Shown one piece after another: positions 49,190 through 59,691 of a DNA stretch of 64,000 nucleotides. A program made the position numbers and the translations under genes. The DNA is from Bacteroidales bacterium (lineage in GTDB: Bacteria; Bacteroidota; Bacteroidia; Bacteroidales; UBA12077). How positions within the stretch are numbered: position 1 is the stretch's first letter; each line of letters starts with the position of its first letter. The stretch is taken from NCBI GenBank assembly GCA_028282585.1, contig JANQHR010000102.1:1-64000 (forward strand), in the 5' to 3' direction. The notes under the pieces are model-generated. The model searched no databases and was not told the origin of the DNA. It worked only from the letters and a program-made list of their open reading frames with translations.

Positions 49190-50698
49190 CTACAGAGGAT
49201 TCTGATCTGCTACTGAAATATTATCATTAGCATCTAATTCATCTTGTGGTATTTGCCATACAAGACGATTACTACTAGCAGGTAAAGAACCTGGGAAATA
49301 ATGATTTCCTATACGATCTAATGGTAATTGTCTTCGTTTAAGATCTAACGTTGATGCTAAACCTTCACCATACAACTCTTTTCTTCTCTCTAATAGAATT
49401 TCATCTATTAAGTTCTGACCTGTATTTGTAGACTCTACTGCATTTTCATCAGCTCTTTCCTGAACTAAAAATAATAAATCTTGTGCCTCTGGATAATTAT
49501 TTAATTCTGCATTTGCTTCAGCTTCAATTAATATCATTTCAGCAGCACGCATTAATACATAATGCCCAGTTTGATCATCTTTATCTCTAAATTTTCTAAT
49601 AACGTATTGATCAGCTGGAGTTGCATAACCTGAAGCATTAATTGGATCAGCCATTTTATCCACTACAAGAGGGTATGCATCAACTGCAAGATTAGCTCTA
49701 ATATCTGTTGCAGAAAACTCTGCTAAGAATCCAGAATTCATTCTCATATTATAATATCCAGCAGCTCTTTCTAAATCATACATTGAAAAGAAAGAATAAT
49801 AAAAATGCTGTTGGTCTTGTTGAAATGGTAAACCCCAAATCCATTCTCCATTTGCATCTACATCATTGAATCCAGAAGTATAAGTAGCAGCATTATCAAG
49901 TGAATATCCACTTCTCGCAGCAGCAGCAGCAGTTGCTGCTTCCGACCAGTTACCCATAATTAAATGCGCTCTTGCAAGTATACCTTGAGCAACATTTACA
50001 TTAACATGAGATTTACTATCTCTTTCACCACCTGATGGTAATAAAGTTAGAGCCATACTTATATCTGATAAAATCTGGTCATATACATCTTGAACAGTTC
50101 CTCTAGGGTTACCTTCACTTTCAGGTGTTGCAGGTTCTAAATAAATTGGTACACCAGGGTTATCGCTACCTTCGATATAGGCATGTTGGAAAATATTTAC
50201 CAAATAGAAATAAGCAAACGCACGTAATGTATGAGCTTCTCCCTTTATTCTATTTTTTTCAGATGCTTCACCTTCAGATCCATCAATGTTTACTATAATA
50301 TTATTGCAATTATTAATGATCTTATAGTAAAAATTCCATAACCCTCTTGTTTTTGAATAATTAGCCTGAGTAAAATCAAATCCTAAATCATGATCAAAAT
50401 AATACCATGCAGGATAAGGAATAATAACATCTCTGCCATCTAGCACATCAAGAGTAATATCAACTGATTTTTGCCCCATGTCTTCGTGCCTTCCACTTCC
50501 ACCCGAATCGTATTCTCTTAACCATCTGTATAATCCATTCAATACAGTTTGTGCTCCTTCTGTAGTTTTAAATACATCTGCATCAGAAATGTCGGTAGTC
50601 GGTGTAGTTTCAAGGAAATCTTCCTCACAGCTTATCAAACTCATTGAAAATAGAGCGATAAGCGTTATATTTAAATATTTTTTTAATTTATTTTTCAT
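49190..50698 (-). CDS. SusD/RagB-family lipoprotein
   Basis: Lipobox LISC; GEAHTLRAFAYFYLV, RAAEMILIEAEA, ERRKELYGEG, IPQDE, QNP. Confidence 0.93.
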   Translation of the reverse strand: MKNKLKKYLNITLIALFSMSLISCEEDFLETTPTTDISDADVFKTTEGAQTVLNGLYRWLREYDSGGSGRHEDMGQKSVDITLDVLDGRDVIIPYPAWYYFDHDLGFDFTQANYSKTRGLWNFYYKIINNCNNIIVNIDGSEGEASEKNRIKGEAHTLRAFAYFYLVNIFQHAYIEGSDNPGVPIYLEPATPESEGNPRGTVQDVYDQILSDISMALTLLPSGGERDSKSHVNVNVAQGILARAHLIMGNWSEAATAAAAARSGYSLDNAATYTSGFNDVDANGEWIWGLPFQQDQQHFYYSFFSMYDLERAAGYYNMRMNSGFLAEFSATDIRANLAVDAYPLVVDKMADPINASGYATPADQYVIRKFRDKDDQTGHYVLMRAAEMILIEAEANAELNNYPEAQDLLFLVQERADENAVESTNTGQNLIDEILLERRKELYGEGLASTLDLKRRQLPLDRIGNHYFPGSLPASSNRLVWQIPQDELDANDNISVADQNPL

Positions 50699-50709
50699 AG
50701 CTATTTATT

Positions 50710-53700
50710 TTAAAATGATAAATTTAAGCCAAATGTAAATGTTCTTAATTGAGGGTACCTGTTATCCGTAGTACCCGAAATGTTAACCTCTGGATCTAGT
50801 CCCTGTGTACCAAAAAAAGTAAGTAAATTATCGCCACTTACGTAAACACGAACTCTTTCTAAGTTAGCCTTCGCTAATAAACTTGACGGTAATGTATATC
50901 CAAGTGTTACATTTCTTAATCTCATATAAGTTGCATCGACTAAATATCTTGATGATCTTGAATTTGCATTAGTTGCATTTGCATCCATTCTTGGGATATC
51001 TGATGTTGTGTTTTCAGGTGTCCAAGCATCTAATAAATCAACAGACATATTACCTCCATATCTTAAACCTGCATGAGTAAGTTGCTGGTAATCATAATCT
51101 ATGATTTTACCACCTATACTATAAAATAAGAACACAGAAAGGTCGAATCCTTTATAACTGATATTATTTGTTATACCTCCGTATAAGTCGGGTAATGAAG
51201 TTCCAACATAATAACGAGTTGATTCAGAATAAATATCTGTTGTTTCTCTACCAGTAACAATAGGTTCTCCATTTTCGTCTAAGACTAAGTCTCCACTTCC
51301 ATCTTCCTGGTAAATATCTTTATACCATAAAGAATTACCTGTTACATCATCTACACCTGCAAATTCTCTAATAAAGAAATCGTTTACAGAACGACCTTCA
51401 GCTAACTGTTTAGAACCAACAATAATTTCCGGTGTTCTTTCTGGCATTTTTGTAATTTCATTTTTGTAGTGAGTAAAATTCAAGTCCAAAATCCAGTTAA
51501 AATCTTTTTTAGTAATTATAGCTGCACTCAAAGTACCGTCAAAACCAACATTTTTCATATCAGCTACATTTTCATCTATAGATTCAACTCCTGTTGAATT
51601 TGGTAACGGCCGTGCAAATAGCATATCCTCAACATTTCTTCTAAAGTAATCGACTTCAATATTAAATCGATTTAAAAAACCAACTTCTAATCCGATATTG
51701 GTAGTTTTACTTACCTCCCAAGAAATTCTTTCATTAGCTAACTTATATACTAATAAACCTGGGTCTGTTAAATTATCATGTCCTGTTTCATATAATCCCT
51801 GATAAGCATAATAGTTTTCCATATTAACATCATTTAAAAGCCGATCATTTCCTAATGTACCATAACTAGCTTTAAGTTTTAAATTGCTTAACCAGTCGAA
51901 AGATGACATGAATGCTTCTTCAGAAATTCTCCAGGATCCGCCAACTGACCAGAAATTACCCCATCGATAATCCGGATGGAAACGCGAAGAGCCATCTCGC
52001 CTATAACTAGCTGATATATAATATCTACCAGCATAATCATACTCAGCTCTTCCTAAATAACCCTCAATACGATGGTCTTCTTCATATGATCTAGATGATT
52101 GCGTTGCAGCTGCTGCATCTAATTCTTCAAGTCCTGAAAAAGGAAATGCAGATCTTGAAGTTAATAGAAAATTGTATCTGTACATATATGCTTCATGTCC
52201 TGCTAATAAACTAAAATTATGATTGTCAATAGATTTCTCATATGTTAACAATTTATTGAAAGTATATGCTTCCGTTCTATTTCTTGCCTTTTCGCTAAGT
52301 CCTCCATATGAAACTGCGAAACCAAAGTCTGGATTATTATACTCATGACTACTATAAATATAATAATCATAGCTAAAGTTTGTTTTAAACTTTAATCCTT
52401 CAATTATATCAAATTCACCATAAGTTCTCAACGAAACATTATCTCTTTCATATAATCTATTATCTAAATCTGCACTACCTAATACATTTGTGTTTGGATA
52501 TGCATCTGTTGGTCTTGGAGCTCGTCCGTCTTGATCACCCTCCATACCATAATCATATATTTTATTACCATTATCATCTGTAATAAAAGTACCATCATCG
52601 TTTCTTAAATATACAGGGTAAATTGGAGCCATATTACGTCCAAACTGAATCATATTAGAATAGCTACTACCTTCTGTTGTTGGATAATTTTGATCCGAAG
52701 TTGATCCGGCAAAATTAACTCCAGCTTTGAACCAATCATTTACTCTTTTATCCAGATTAACACGAGCGTTAAATCTTTCAAAATCAGAAACTGGAACAAT
52801 ACCTTCATTTAAAAGATAACCTAATGACATGAAATAAGTTGTTGTTTCATCTCCACCACTAATATCAAACAAATATTCCTGCCTTTTTCCTGTACTTAAA
52901 ACCTCGTCCATCCAGTCAGTATCCCAAAGTAATTCAGCACCATTAACAATATTTCCGTCTGTTCCTACAGGATTATCAACATTATATGGATTATAAACCA
53001 AAGTTGTAATAAGATTATCTGTAGCCCATTGTTCCGGGTCAGTTCTTCCATCAGCTTCTGCTTTATTCCTAATTGCCGTCCAAGTTAATTTACTGTAATC
53101 CTCAGCACCAACAGTATTATAGTCTTCAACAGCTTTTGAACTAATACCATAAGATGCTTTGAAATTAACCTTTGCTTTTCCTTTTTCACCTTTCTTTGTA
53201 GTAATCATAATAACACCATTAGCTCCTCTTGATCCGTAAAGAGCAGTTGCATTTGCATCTTTTAAAACACTCATGTTTGCTATGTCTGCTGGATTTATTG
53301 AATTAATATTACCTTGAAAAGGCACACCATCTACAACATATAATGGATCACTTGATGCATTAATAGACCCAATACCACGAATACGAATTGTAGCATTTTC
53401 TCCAGGCTGACCAGTACTAGAAACAACTTGCACACCTGCTGCATTACCTTGCAATGCGCTTGACACAGATGTTGTAGATAGTTTTTCAATTTTTTCTGTT
53501 TTTATTGTTGCAGCAGAACCTGTAAAAGAAGATTTTTTTGTAGTACCATAAGCAATTACTACAACTTCATCCATTTCCAGTACCTCATCCTGCATAACAA
53601 CATCAATAACAGATCTACCATTAATCAGTTGCTCCTGTACCACCATTCCAACGAAACTAAAAATTAAAGCTTCAGTATCGCTTGGAACAGTTAAAGTAAA

Positions 53701-53874
53701 TTTACCATCAATATCTGTGGTTGTTCCTATTGTGGCATTGCCCTTAACAACAACCGACGCGCCAGGAATAGATAACCCGTCAGCACCAGTTACCGTACCT
53801 GAGATTTGCATTTGTGCCATTGCTGTAAATCCAGCAAATAACAACAATGCAAGAAAGATCGTCAATTTTTTCAT
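50710..53874 (-). CDS. SusC/RagA-family TonB-dependent transporter
   Basis: IRIRGIGS, PLYVVDG, LKDANATALYGSRGANGVIMITTK, DGSSRF, LRNVTLGY, C-terminal F. Confidence 0.96.
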   Translation of the reverse strand: MKKLTIFLALLLFAGFTAMAQMQISGTVTGADGLSIPGASVVVKGNATIGTTTDIDGKFTLTVPSDTEALIFSFVGMVVQEQLINGRSVIDVVMQDEVLEMDEVVVIAYGTTKKSSFTGSAATIKTEKIEKLSTTSVSSALQGNAAGVQVVSSTGQPGENATIRIRGIGSINASSDPLYVVDGVPFQGNINSINPADIANMSVLKDANATALYGSRGANGVIMITTKKGEKGKAKVNFKASYGISSKAVEDYNTVGAEDYSKLTWTAIRNKAEADGRTDPEQWATDNLITTLVYNPYNVDNPVGTDGNIVNGAELLWDTDWMDEVLSTGKRQEYLFDISGGDETTTYFMSLGYLLNEGIVPVSDFERFNARVNLDKRVNDWFKAGVNFAGSTSDQNYPTTEGSSYSNMIQFGRNMAPIYPVYLRNDDGTFITDDNGNKIYDYGMEGDQDGRAPRPTDAYPNTNVLGSADLDNRLYERDNVSLRTYGEFDIIEGLKFKTNFSYDYYIYSSHEYNNPDFGFAVSYGGLSEKARNRTEAYTFNKLLTYEKSIDNHNFSLLAGHEAYMYRYNFLLTSRSAFPFSGLEELDAAAATQSSRSYEEDHRIEGYLGRAEYDYAGRYYISASYRRDGSSRFHPDYRWGNFWSVGGSWRISEEAFMSSFDWLSNLKLKASYGTLGNDRLLNDVNMENYYAYQGLYETGHDNLTDPGLLVYKLANERISWEVSKTTNIGLEVGFLNRFNIEVDYFRRNVEDMLFARPLPNSTGVESIDENVADMKNVGFDGTLSAAIITKKDFNWILDLNFTHYKNEITKMPERTPEIIVGSKQLAEGRSVNDFFIREFAGVDDVTGNSLWYKDIYQEDGSGDLVLDENGEPIVTGRETTDIYSESTRYYVGTSLPDLYGGITNNISYKGFDLSVFLFYSIGGKIIDYDYQQLTHAGLRYGGNMSVDLLDAWTPENTTSDIPRMDANATNANSRSSRYLVDATYMRLRNVTLGYTLPSSLLAKANLERVRVYVSGDNLLTFFGTQGLDPEVNISGTTDNRYPQLRTFTFGLNLSF

Positions 53875-54025
53875 AAATTAAAATTTTAGGTTCATAAATA
53901 GTTATTAAAAAATATTCATTCGGCTAAAATAAAAAAAAATAAATAAAAATTGCAATAAGGCAAATAAAATCAGCACTTTTTTAAATATAAGTGGCATAAA
54001 TATTTATCGAGAATCAAAAAAAATA

Positions 54026-54089
54026 ATTATTGATAGTCGAAAACTATTATTATTGATAGTCGAAAACTATTATTATTGATAGTCGAAAA
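54026..54089. repeat. 23-bp tandem repeat (about 2.8 copies) upstream of susC
   Basis: ATTATTGATAGTCGAAAACTATT at 54026, 54049 and partial at 54072; internal dyad ATAGT-CGAAA-ACTAT. Confidence 0.9.
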
Positions 54090-54207
54090 TGCTATCCTGA
54101 ATTATTAATTTTTTTTATATATACTAATAACTATTTAATCTAACAGCAAAAAAAGTGGGGAGTCAATGAAAATAAAAATTTGCCACTAACCTATCTAACC
54201 ATAGAAA

Positions 54208-54242
54208 ACCTGCCTGTTCGGTAAACAGGTTAAGCGGCAGGT
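54208..54242. repeat. CCTGCC/GGCAGG-type palindromic element
   Basis: ACCTGCC...GGCAGGT with inner CCTGTT/AACAGG. Confidence 0.55.
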
Positions 54243-54466
54243 GAAAACACTCAAACTCAAAAGTTCACAAAAATTTAATAGTCAACACATTATAATTTTG
54301 CGAGGTTTTATGCTTTTGTGTCTACGTATCGAAAATCAATATTTTAAAGGGTTCTCTTTTATTAAATAGCCTAATACCTAATCATACTCTAAGATAAACA
54401 CTAGTATTTGTAACCAATTATCCATTCAAACCCTGATCAGAAATCTCCTGTTTTCATGCTCAACAT

Positions 54467-54538
54467 TTACTTGACATTTAAATCAACGCTAATGCTTTTT
54501 CCTCTAATTTGACCTGATTTAGTTGTAATAACAACAAT
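54467..54538 (-). pseudogene. Fragment of a susC-like gene
   Basis: Translates IVVITTKSGQIRGKSISVDLNVK*, matching the SusC plug-end motif V(I/V)ITTKxG. Confidence 0.55.
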
Positions 54539-54555
54539 TCGCATATCTAATTAAT

Positions 54556-54905
54556 GTAAAAGCCATATTTAATGGTAAATGCTCCTACCGCTATATTTCT
54601 TGTATACTAGAACGTGTTCTGACTTATCTACAATGGTAAATTTTCTTTCGGAGAAAATACCTATGTGCCTATATCAATTGTAGTGTTCAAGGCACGTAAA
54701 TCATCCGTTAAAAGTGCTAAATTTACTTCGCTATCAACCGTTTAGAACTAACTCTTTCAATTGATTCCATCTAATTTTCGGAAATAGCCTTACTATTATA
54801 CAAAAAACTAACGGTTAGTGTATTTTACCTTCATCAATACTATCTTTAATAGTGAATCAGTAAAAGTTCCATATCTAAATACTCTCTTGTAATATCTTCT
54901 GGTAT
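54556..54905 (-). pseudogene. cysN: Decayed duplicate of the cysN 5-prime region
   Basis: Alignable by eye with about 46530-46871; 22-bp exact match GTAAAAGTTCCATATCTAAATA (54860-81 vs 46826-47); start ATG mutated to ATA; indels. Confidence 0.85.
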
Positions 54906-55024
54906 AATATTTTATTTTACAGGTTCTTTATTTGAAGAATCTATAACTGTAATATTTTTTCTATTGTTTTTGCATAAATAAGTCGTTTTATTGTTAACTT
55001 ATTTCACGACGGGACAGTAAAAGA

Positions 55025-55052
55025 AAAAGCCAGGCATTATATCCTGGCTTTT
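55025..55052 (-). terminator. Terminator downstream of susD
   Basis: AAAAGCCAGG-N8-CCTGGCTTTT. Confidence 0.8.
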
Positions 55053-55071
55053 AATATCATTGTTTAAAAAA

Positions 55072-56463
55072 CTATTCTGCCCACCATACAGGTACAGTTA
55101 GATCTGTTATTGATGTAATGTTAGGGTTGTATAATCTTTCGTTAAGTGTTGTTGGGTATCTCTCAGGTACTTGGTTTATTGCACCTCTTGGATCTGAAGT
55201 TAATACAGGATATCCTGTTCTTCTATAATCACTCCATACTTCAGGTTGTGTAAACATGGCAATATACTTCTGCGTCATTATTGTTTCCAGCGTAATAGTA
55301 GCTGCAGTCTCAGAAGCTACATTTGTAATAAACGCTGCATCAGGAGCAGAACCTGTAAAAAACTCAACCGAAGCAATAACTGCATCATTAAATGCTGCTG
55401 CAGCTCTAGGATCATCATTACTTCTTAAAGCGGCTTCAGCTTCTATAAACTTAGCTTCGAAGTAAGTTAAAAGAGGGAAAGCCTGAGCGTCAGCCATAAC
55501 CCAAGTACCAAAATTAGAAGCAGCGGCATTATCTTCATTAATATCACTACCAACAAATGTACCACCTCCTAAATCAGCAAAATAATAAGGTAAACGAGGG
55601 TCATTTTGTGCAATCATCATATTTACAAGAGTAGCACCAGCTCTCATATAACCACGGTTATTCTGAAATGCCTGCCATTGGTTTAAATCAGTCGAAGCAT
55701 TTCCAGTAGGTGCTAATGTATTATCAGCATTTCCATCTAAACCTGCAGCGTAAGCCTGATCAAGATAACTTAAAGCATCAGTAGCAGATCCGGTAGCATC
55801 ACGATTACTCAATCGATTTGCATATCTTGCTTTCAAAATCCATGCTCCTATCTCCCACATCTCAACATCTCCACCATGTATAACATCATCTTCTAATGGT
55901 GTAAATGCATTCGCAGAAGCATCCATTTGAAAATCTGCAATCGCATCTGTACATAACTGTTGTATTGCTGCAATAATACTTTCCTGCGCGTCAGCAGCAG
56001 GTGCTGTAACTCCGTCTCTTCCATCGAAAGCTTCCGAAAAAGGAACATCTCCCCAAAAATCTGTCACCATGCCTATTCCTAATGCTTTTAGCATCTTTGC
56101 CATACCTCCATAATAAGGATTTTCTTCAGCATAAGTAGCTTCTAAAAAATCAGCTGTTTCCAGTAAATCTGTATATAATCCGTTCCATTCATTACCAACA
56201 GTATTTTCCGTCATTCCATATAATTGATAATCATCTTTAGATTGATCAGTAACACCAGCCGATTGTTGAACGAATATTGAAGCCGCTCTTGCTGATTGAC
56301 TTGTATATGCGAATATTGTTGCAGCTTCAGCAGCAGTTAACAATACTCCGGGAGTAACATTTGTGGGTGAGTTTGGACTATCATCGTAGCCGTCAACAAA
56401 ATCCTCACAACTCGTTCCAAATAAAACAAGTAATGTTATTAATAATATATATATTTTTTTCAT
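55072..56463 (-). CDS. SusD/RagB-like lipoprotein (SusD-like_2 type)
   Basis: Lipobox GTSC; SPNSP, FWGDVPFSEA, DPRL, IMTQKYIAMF, WSDYRRTGYP, VWW. Confidence 0.92.
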   Translation of the reverse strand: MKKIYILLITLLVLFGTSCEDFVDGYDDSPNSPTNVTPGVLLTAAEAATIFAYTSQSARAASIFVQQSAGVTDQSKDDYQLYGMTENTVGNEWNGLYTDLLETADFLEATYAEENPYYGGMAKMLKALGIGMVTDFWGDVPFSEAFDGRDGVTAPAADAQESIIAAIQQLCTDAIADFQMDASANAFTPLEDDVIHGGDVEMWEIGAWILKARYANRLSNRDATGSATDALSYLDQAYAAGLDGNADNTLAPTGNASTDLNQWQAFQNNRGYMRAGATLVNMMIAQNDPRLPYYFADLGGGTFVGSDINEDNAAASNFGTWVMADAQAFPLLTYFEAKFIEAEAALRSNDDPRAAAAFNDAVIASVEFFTGSAPDAAFITNVASETAATITLETIMTQKYIAMFTQPEVWSDYRRTGYPVLTSDPRGAINQVPERYPTTLNERLYNPNITSITDLTVPVWWAE

Positions 56464-56490
56464 ATTCTAATGTTTTTTATTAATTATATT

Positions 56491-59400
56491 TTAGAATCCT
56501 ACTTTTATACCAAATGAATAGGACTTAGACCCTGGGTTATTAAAGTAATCAAAACCACCAATATTAGATCCGGCACCAGTTAAGCTAGTTTCAGGATCAA
56601 CTCCAGGATAATCCGTACTTAACCATAGGTTAGTTCCTGAAAATGTTAGTTCTACATAGTCTAATAAAGGAATCTTATCACTCTTATTTTTAAATCTATA
56701 ACTTGCAGCCACTTCTCTTAATCTAACCCAAGAACCATCTAAAACAGAATTTTCAGTTGCTCCACCATCACCTAAATAAGAATGCCAGTATACATCAGCT
56801 GGAATATCCATGCCATTAGCAACACCAGTTCCTATAGGATCTCCATCTTCATTTCTAACTAGATTTCCAGAACCATCTACTTCAGCTAATACTCCTGGTA
56901 CTATATATGTTCCTTCTCTATCTTCCGTTTCTTTTTCACGTCCATAGGTTTTCAATCTCCTACCTGTTCCGTACCAAACATCTCCACCTTGTCGAATATC
57001 TAATAATGCTGTAACTGAGAATCCTTTATACGTAATTGTATTTCTTAAACCTAGCAACCAATCTGGGAAAGGATTTCCTAAATTTCCTTCTTGTCCGGCT
57101 TGTAATGGAAGTCCATTATTTGGATTAATAATAATATTTCCATTATCATCTCTTGCCCAACGAGAACCATAGAATGAACCGTAAGGTTGTCCTACAATAG
57201 CATAAGAACCAATACTTGTAAATGCTGATTCTGCAGATACTTCTTCAACACCATCGGCAAGTTTTAAAACTTCACTTTCATTCCTACTAAAGTTCGCTGT
57301 AAAGTTCCAAGTCAAATCATTCATTTTTAAAATATCAACTCCTGCTACTAACTCTATACCTTTGTTAACCATTTCTCCAGCATTAGAATAAATAGAAGTA
57401 TATCCAGATGAGCCAGCTATTGGTCTATTTAACAGAATGTCAACTGTTTTTTGGTTATAATAAGTAAAATCAATATTTACTCTACCATTAAAGAATCTTA
57501 AGTCAACACCTACTTCATTACCAATTACTTTTTCTGGTTTCAAATCAGGATCACCCATTGAAGTTCCATAGCTATATCCGTTTTGTCCCAAAAATGGAAA
57601 TCCGAATCCGTCAGTAAATCCATCTGTCATTGTTGGATTACCAAAATAAGTTCTTGATGAATATACAGGAGGTGCTTTACCTACTTGTGCATATGCATAT
57701 CTAAGTTTACCGAAAGTTAAAATACTATTTTCTGGTAACAATTCAGAGAACAGTAAAGATACACTTGCAGAAGGGTAGAAGAAACTATTTTGGTTAGGTC
57801 CAAAAGTTGATGACCATTCATTTCTTCCTGTGGCTCCAAAGAATAGGAAATTATCATACGAAGCAGTTAAATCGAAATATACAGCAGATGTTCTAATCGT
57901 ACTTGCATATTCACTAGCGTACGTATCTAATCCATTATCAAGATTATAATAATCTTTTAAAACCAGCTCTCTAGCATACGCATAAAAATCAGAATAAGTT
58001 CTTTGATTTAAGTTACCACCAACATTTAATCCAGCTTCTATTTTGTCTGTAAAATCGTGCTTAGCACCTATTATTACATCCTGGTTAAACTCTTCATTTG
58101 TAATAGTGTTATGGTAAACTTCACCTTCTCCATAATTATTACCCATTGCTCCAATTGCAAATGCTCCTTCCCTTTCATCCGAATAAGCATCAGCACCAAC
58201 TTTGTATGTTGCAGCTAACCATTCTGTTATATCATAGTCAAGCGTAACACTTGCCATAATTCTATTAAGGTCATTTTCCAAAGGATTTTCGTAAGCAGAA
58301 AAATATGGATTATCATAAATGAAATAATACATTCTTTGCTGTCCATTTGGAAATTTATAACCGTTCTCAGCATCATTCAAATTAAAACTAGCAGGTGCTC
58401 TAAAAAGTCCTAATGATATACCTGAAATATTACTTCCGTTCTGCGCTCTGTTACCACCTGAATTTGTGTACGCAACAGTTGCTGATGTTCTAAACTTATC
58501 TGTAAATTTCTGGTTAATCGAAACTCTTGCGGTAGTTCTCTTGAAATAAGTATTAGGAATAATACCTTCATCGTCTAAATGACTTAAGCTTAATCTCATT
58601 GTAGTTTTATCCGAACCTCCAGAGATTGAAATACTATGACGTTCTCCTACACCTGTTTGAAAGAATTCCTCAACGTTTTTTGTTGGTGTCATACCCATTT
58701 CAGCAAATGTTGGTCCCCAACTATATGTTGTACCAATTGATACATCATCGCCTCCACCAATATCATTAATACCATTTGGTCCAAAATCAGGAGGTGCAAT
58801 ATATGTGGCTGTAGACTGATCATCACCTGCCCATGTACCTGCAACATACTTATATTGGAATTCAGGTAATTTATTTACTTCTGATATTTTAACGTTATAG
58901 CTATAGTCAACCTTAACTTTACCTGCTTGTCCTTTTTTAGTTGTATACACAATCGCTCCGTTACCAGCTCTTACACCATAAAGTGCAGCAGCAGCAGGAC
59001 CTTTCAAGATTGTTACAGACTCAATATCTTCAGGGTTAATATCTAATGCTCTATTACCAGCATTTACACCTTGTAAGTTAGAGTTAAACGGGTAATTTCC
59101 TGGTGCAGATTGAGTTGTTGAGTTATCAATAGGAACACCATCAACCACAATTAACGGTTGGTTGCTTGTTGTAAAAGAAGACGCTCCACGAATCAGTATT
59201 CTACTTGACGCACCTGGAGTTCCTCCTGAACTTACTACCTGCACTCCGGCTGACTTCGAAGATAATGACTGAATCACATTAGCTTCTCCAACTCTGCTAA
59301 GCTCATCACCAGAAACACCTTGAGCAGAATATCCCAGAGCCTTCCTTTCCCTTGAAATACCAATTGCAGTTACAACAACTTCATCCATTTCCAACACTTC

Positions 59401-59691
59401 TGATTCTAGCTGAACATCAATTGTTGTGCGACCATTAATAAGTACTTCTGTTGTTTTCATACCAACGAAACTAATAATCAAAGCTTCAGTTCCACTTGGT
59501 ACTGTTAAAGAATACTCTCCATCCATATTAGTTGTAGTACCTATAGAGGTATTTCCTTTAACTACTACGGATGCACCAGGTATAGATAAACCGTCTTCAG
59601 CGCCGGTTACTGTACCTGAGATCTGCATTTGTGCTTGTACAGTAAAACCAACACACAGCAAAAATGCAAGAAAAATTGTTAATTTCTTCAT
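56491..59691 (-). CDS. SusC/RagA-family TonB-dependent transporter
   Basis: Probable start MKKLTIF (59691); ILIRG, PLIVVDG, LKGPAAAALYGVRAGNGAIVYTTK, RLRE, GVDPE, C-terminal F. Confidence 0.96.
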   Translation of the reverse strand: MKKLTIFLAFLLCVGFTVQAQMQISGTVTGAEDGLSIPGASVVVKGNTSIGTTTNMDGEYSLTVPSGTEALIISFVGMKTTEVLINGRTTIDVQLESEVLEMDEVVVTAIGISRERKALGYSAQGVSGDELSRVGEANVIQSLSSKSAGVQVVSSGGTPGASSRILIRGASSFTTSNQPLIVVDGVPIDNSTTQSAPGNYPFNSNLQGVNAGNRALDINPEDIESVTILKGPAAAALYGVRAGNGAIVYTTKKGQAGKVKVDYSYNVKISEVNKLPEFQYKYVAGTWAGDDQSTATYIAPPDFGPNGINDIGGGDDVSIGTTYSWGPTFAEMGMTPTKNVEEFFQTGVGERHSISISGGSDKTTMRLSLSHLDDEGIIPNTYFKRTTARVSINQKFTDKFRTSATVAYTNSGGNRAQNGSNISGISLGLFRAPASFNLNDAENGYKFPNGQQRMYYFIYDNPYFSAYENPLENDLNRIMASVTLDYDITEWLAATYKVGADAYSDEREGAFAIGAMGNNYGEGEVYHNTITNEEFNQDVIIGAKHDFTDKIEAGLNVGGNLNQRTYSDFYAYARELVLKDYYNLDNGLDTYASEYASTIRTSAVYFDLTASYDNFLFFGATGRNEWSSTFGPNQNSFFYPSASVSLLFSELLPENSILTFGKLRYAYAQVGKAPPVYSSRTYFGNPTMTDGFTDGFGFPFLGQNGYSYGTSMGDPDLKPEKVIGNEVGVDLRFFNGRVNIDFTYYNQKTVDILLNRPIAGSSGYTSIYSNAGEMVNKGIELVAGVDILKMNDLTWNFTANFSRNESEVLKLADGVEEVSAESAFTSIGSYAIVGQPYGSFYGSRWARDDNGNIIINPNNGLPLQAGQEGNLGNPFPDWLLGLRNTITYKGFSVTALLDIRQGGDVWYGTGRRLKTYGREKETEDREGTYIVPGVLAEVDGSGNLVRNEDGDPIGTGVANGMDIPADVYWHSYLGDGGATENSVLDGSWVRLREVAASYRFKNKSDKIPLLDYVELTFSGTNLWLSTDYPGVDPETSLTGAGSNIGGFDYFNNPGSKSYSFGIKVGF

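Noticed and set aside
54026-54089. 23-bp repeat as a mini CRISPR array
   Set aside because: Units are directly adjacent with no unique spacers, and no cas genes are in the window
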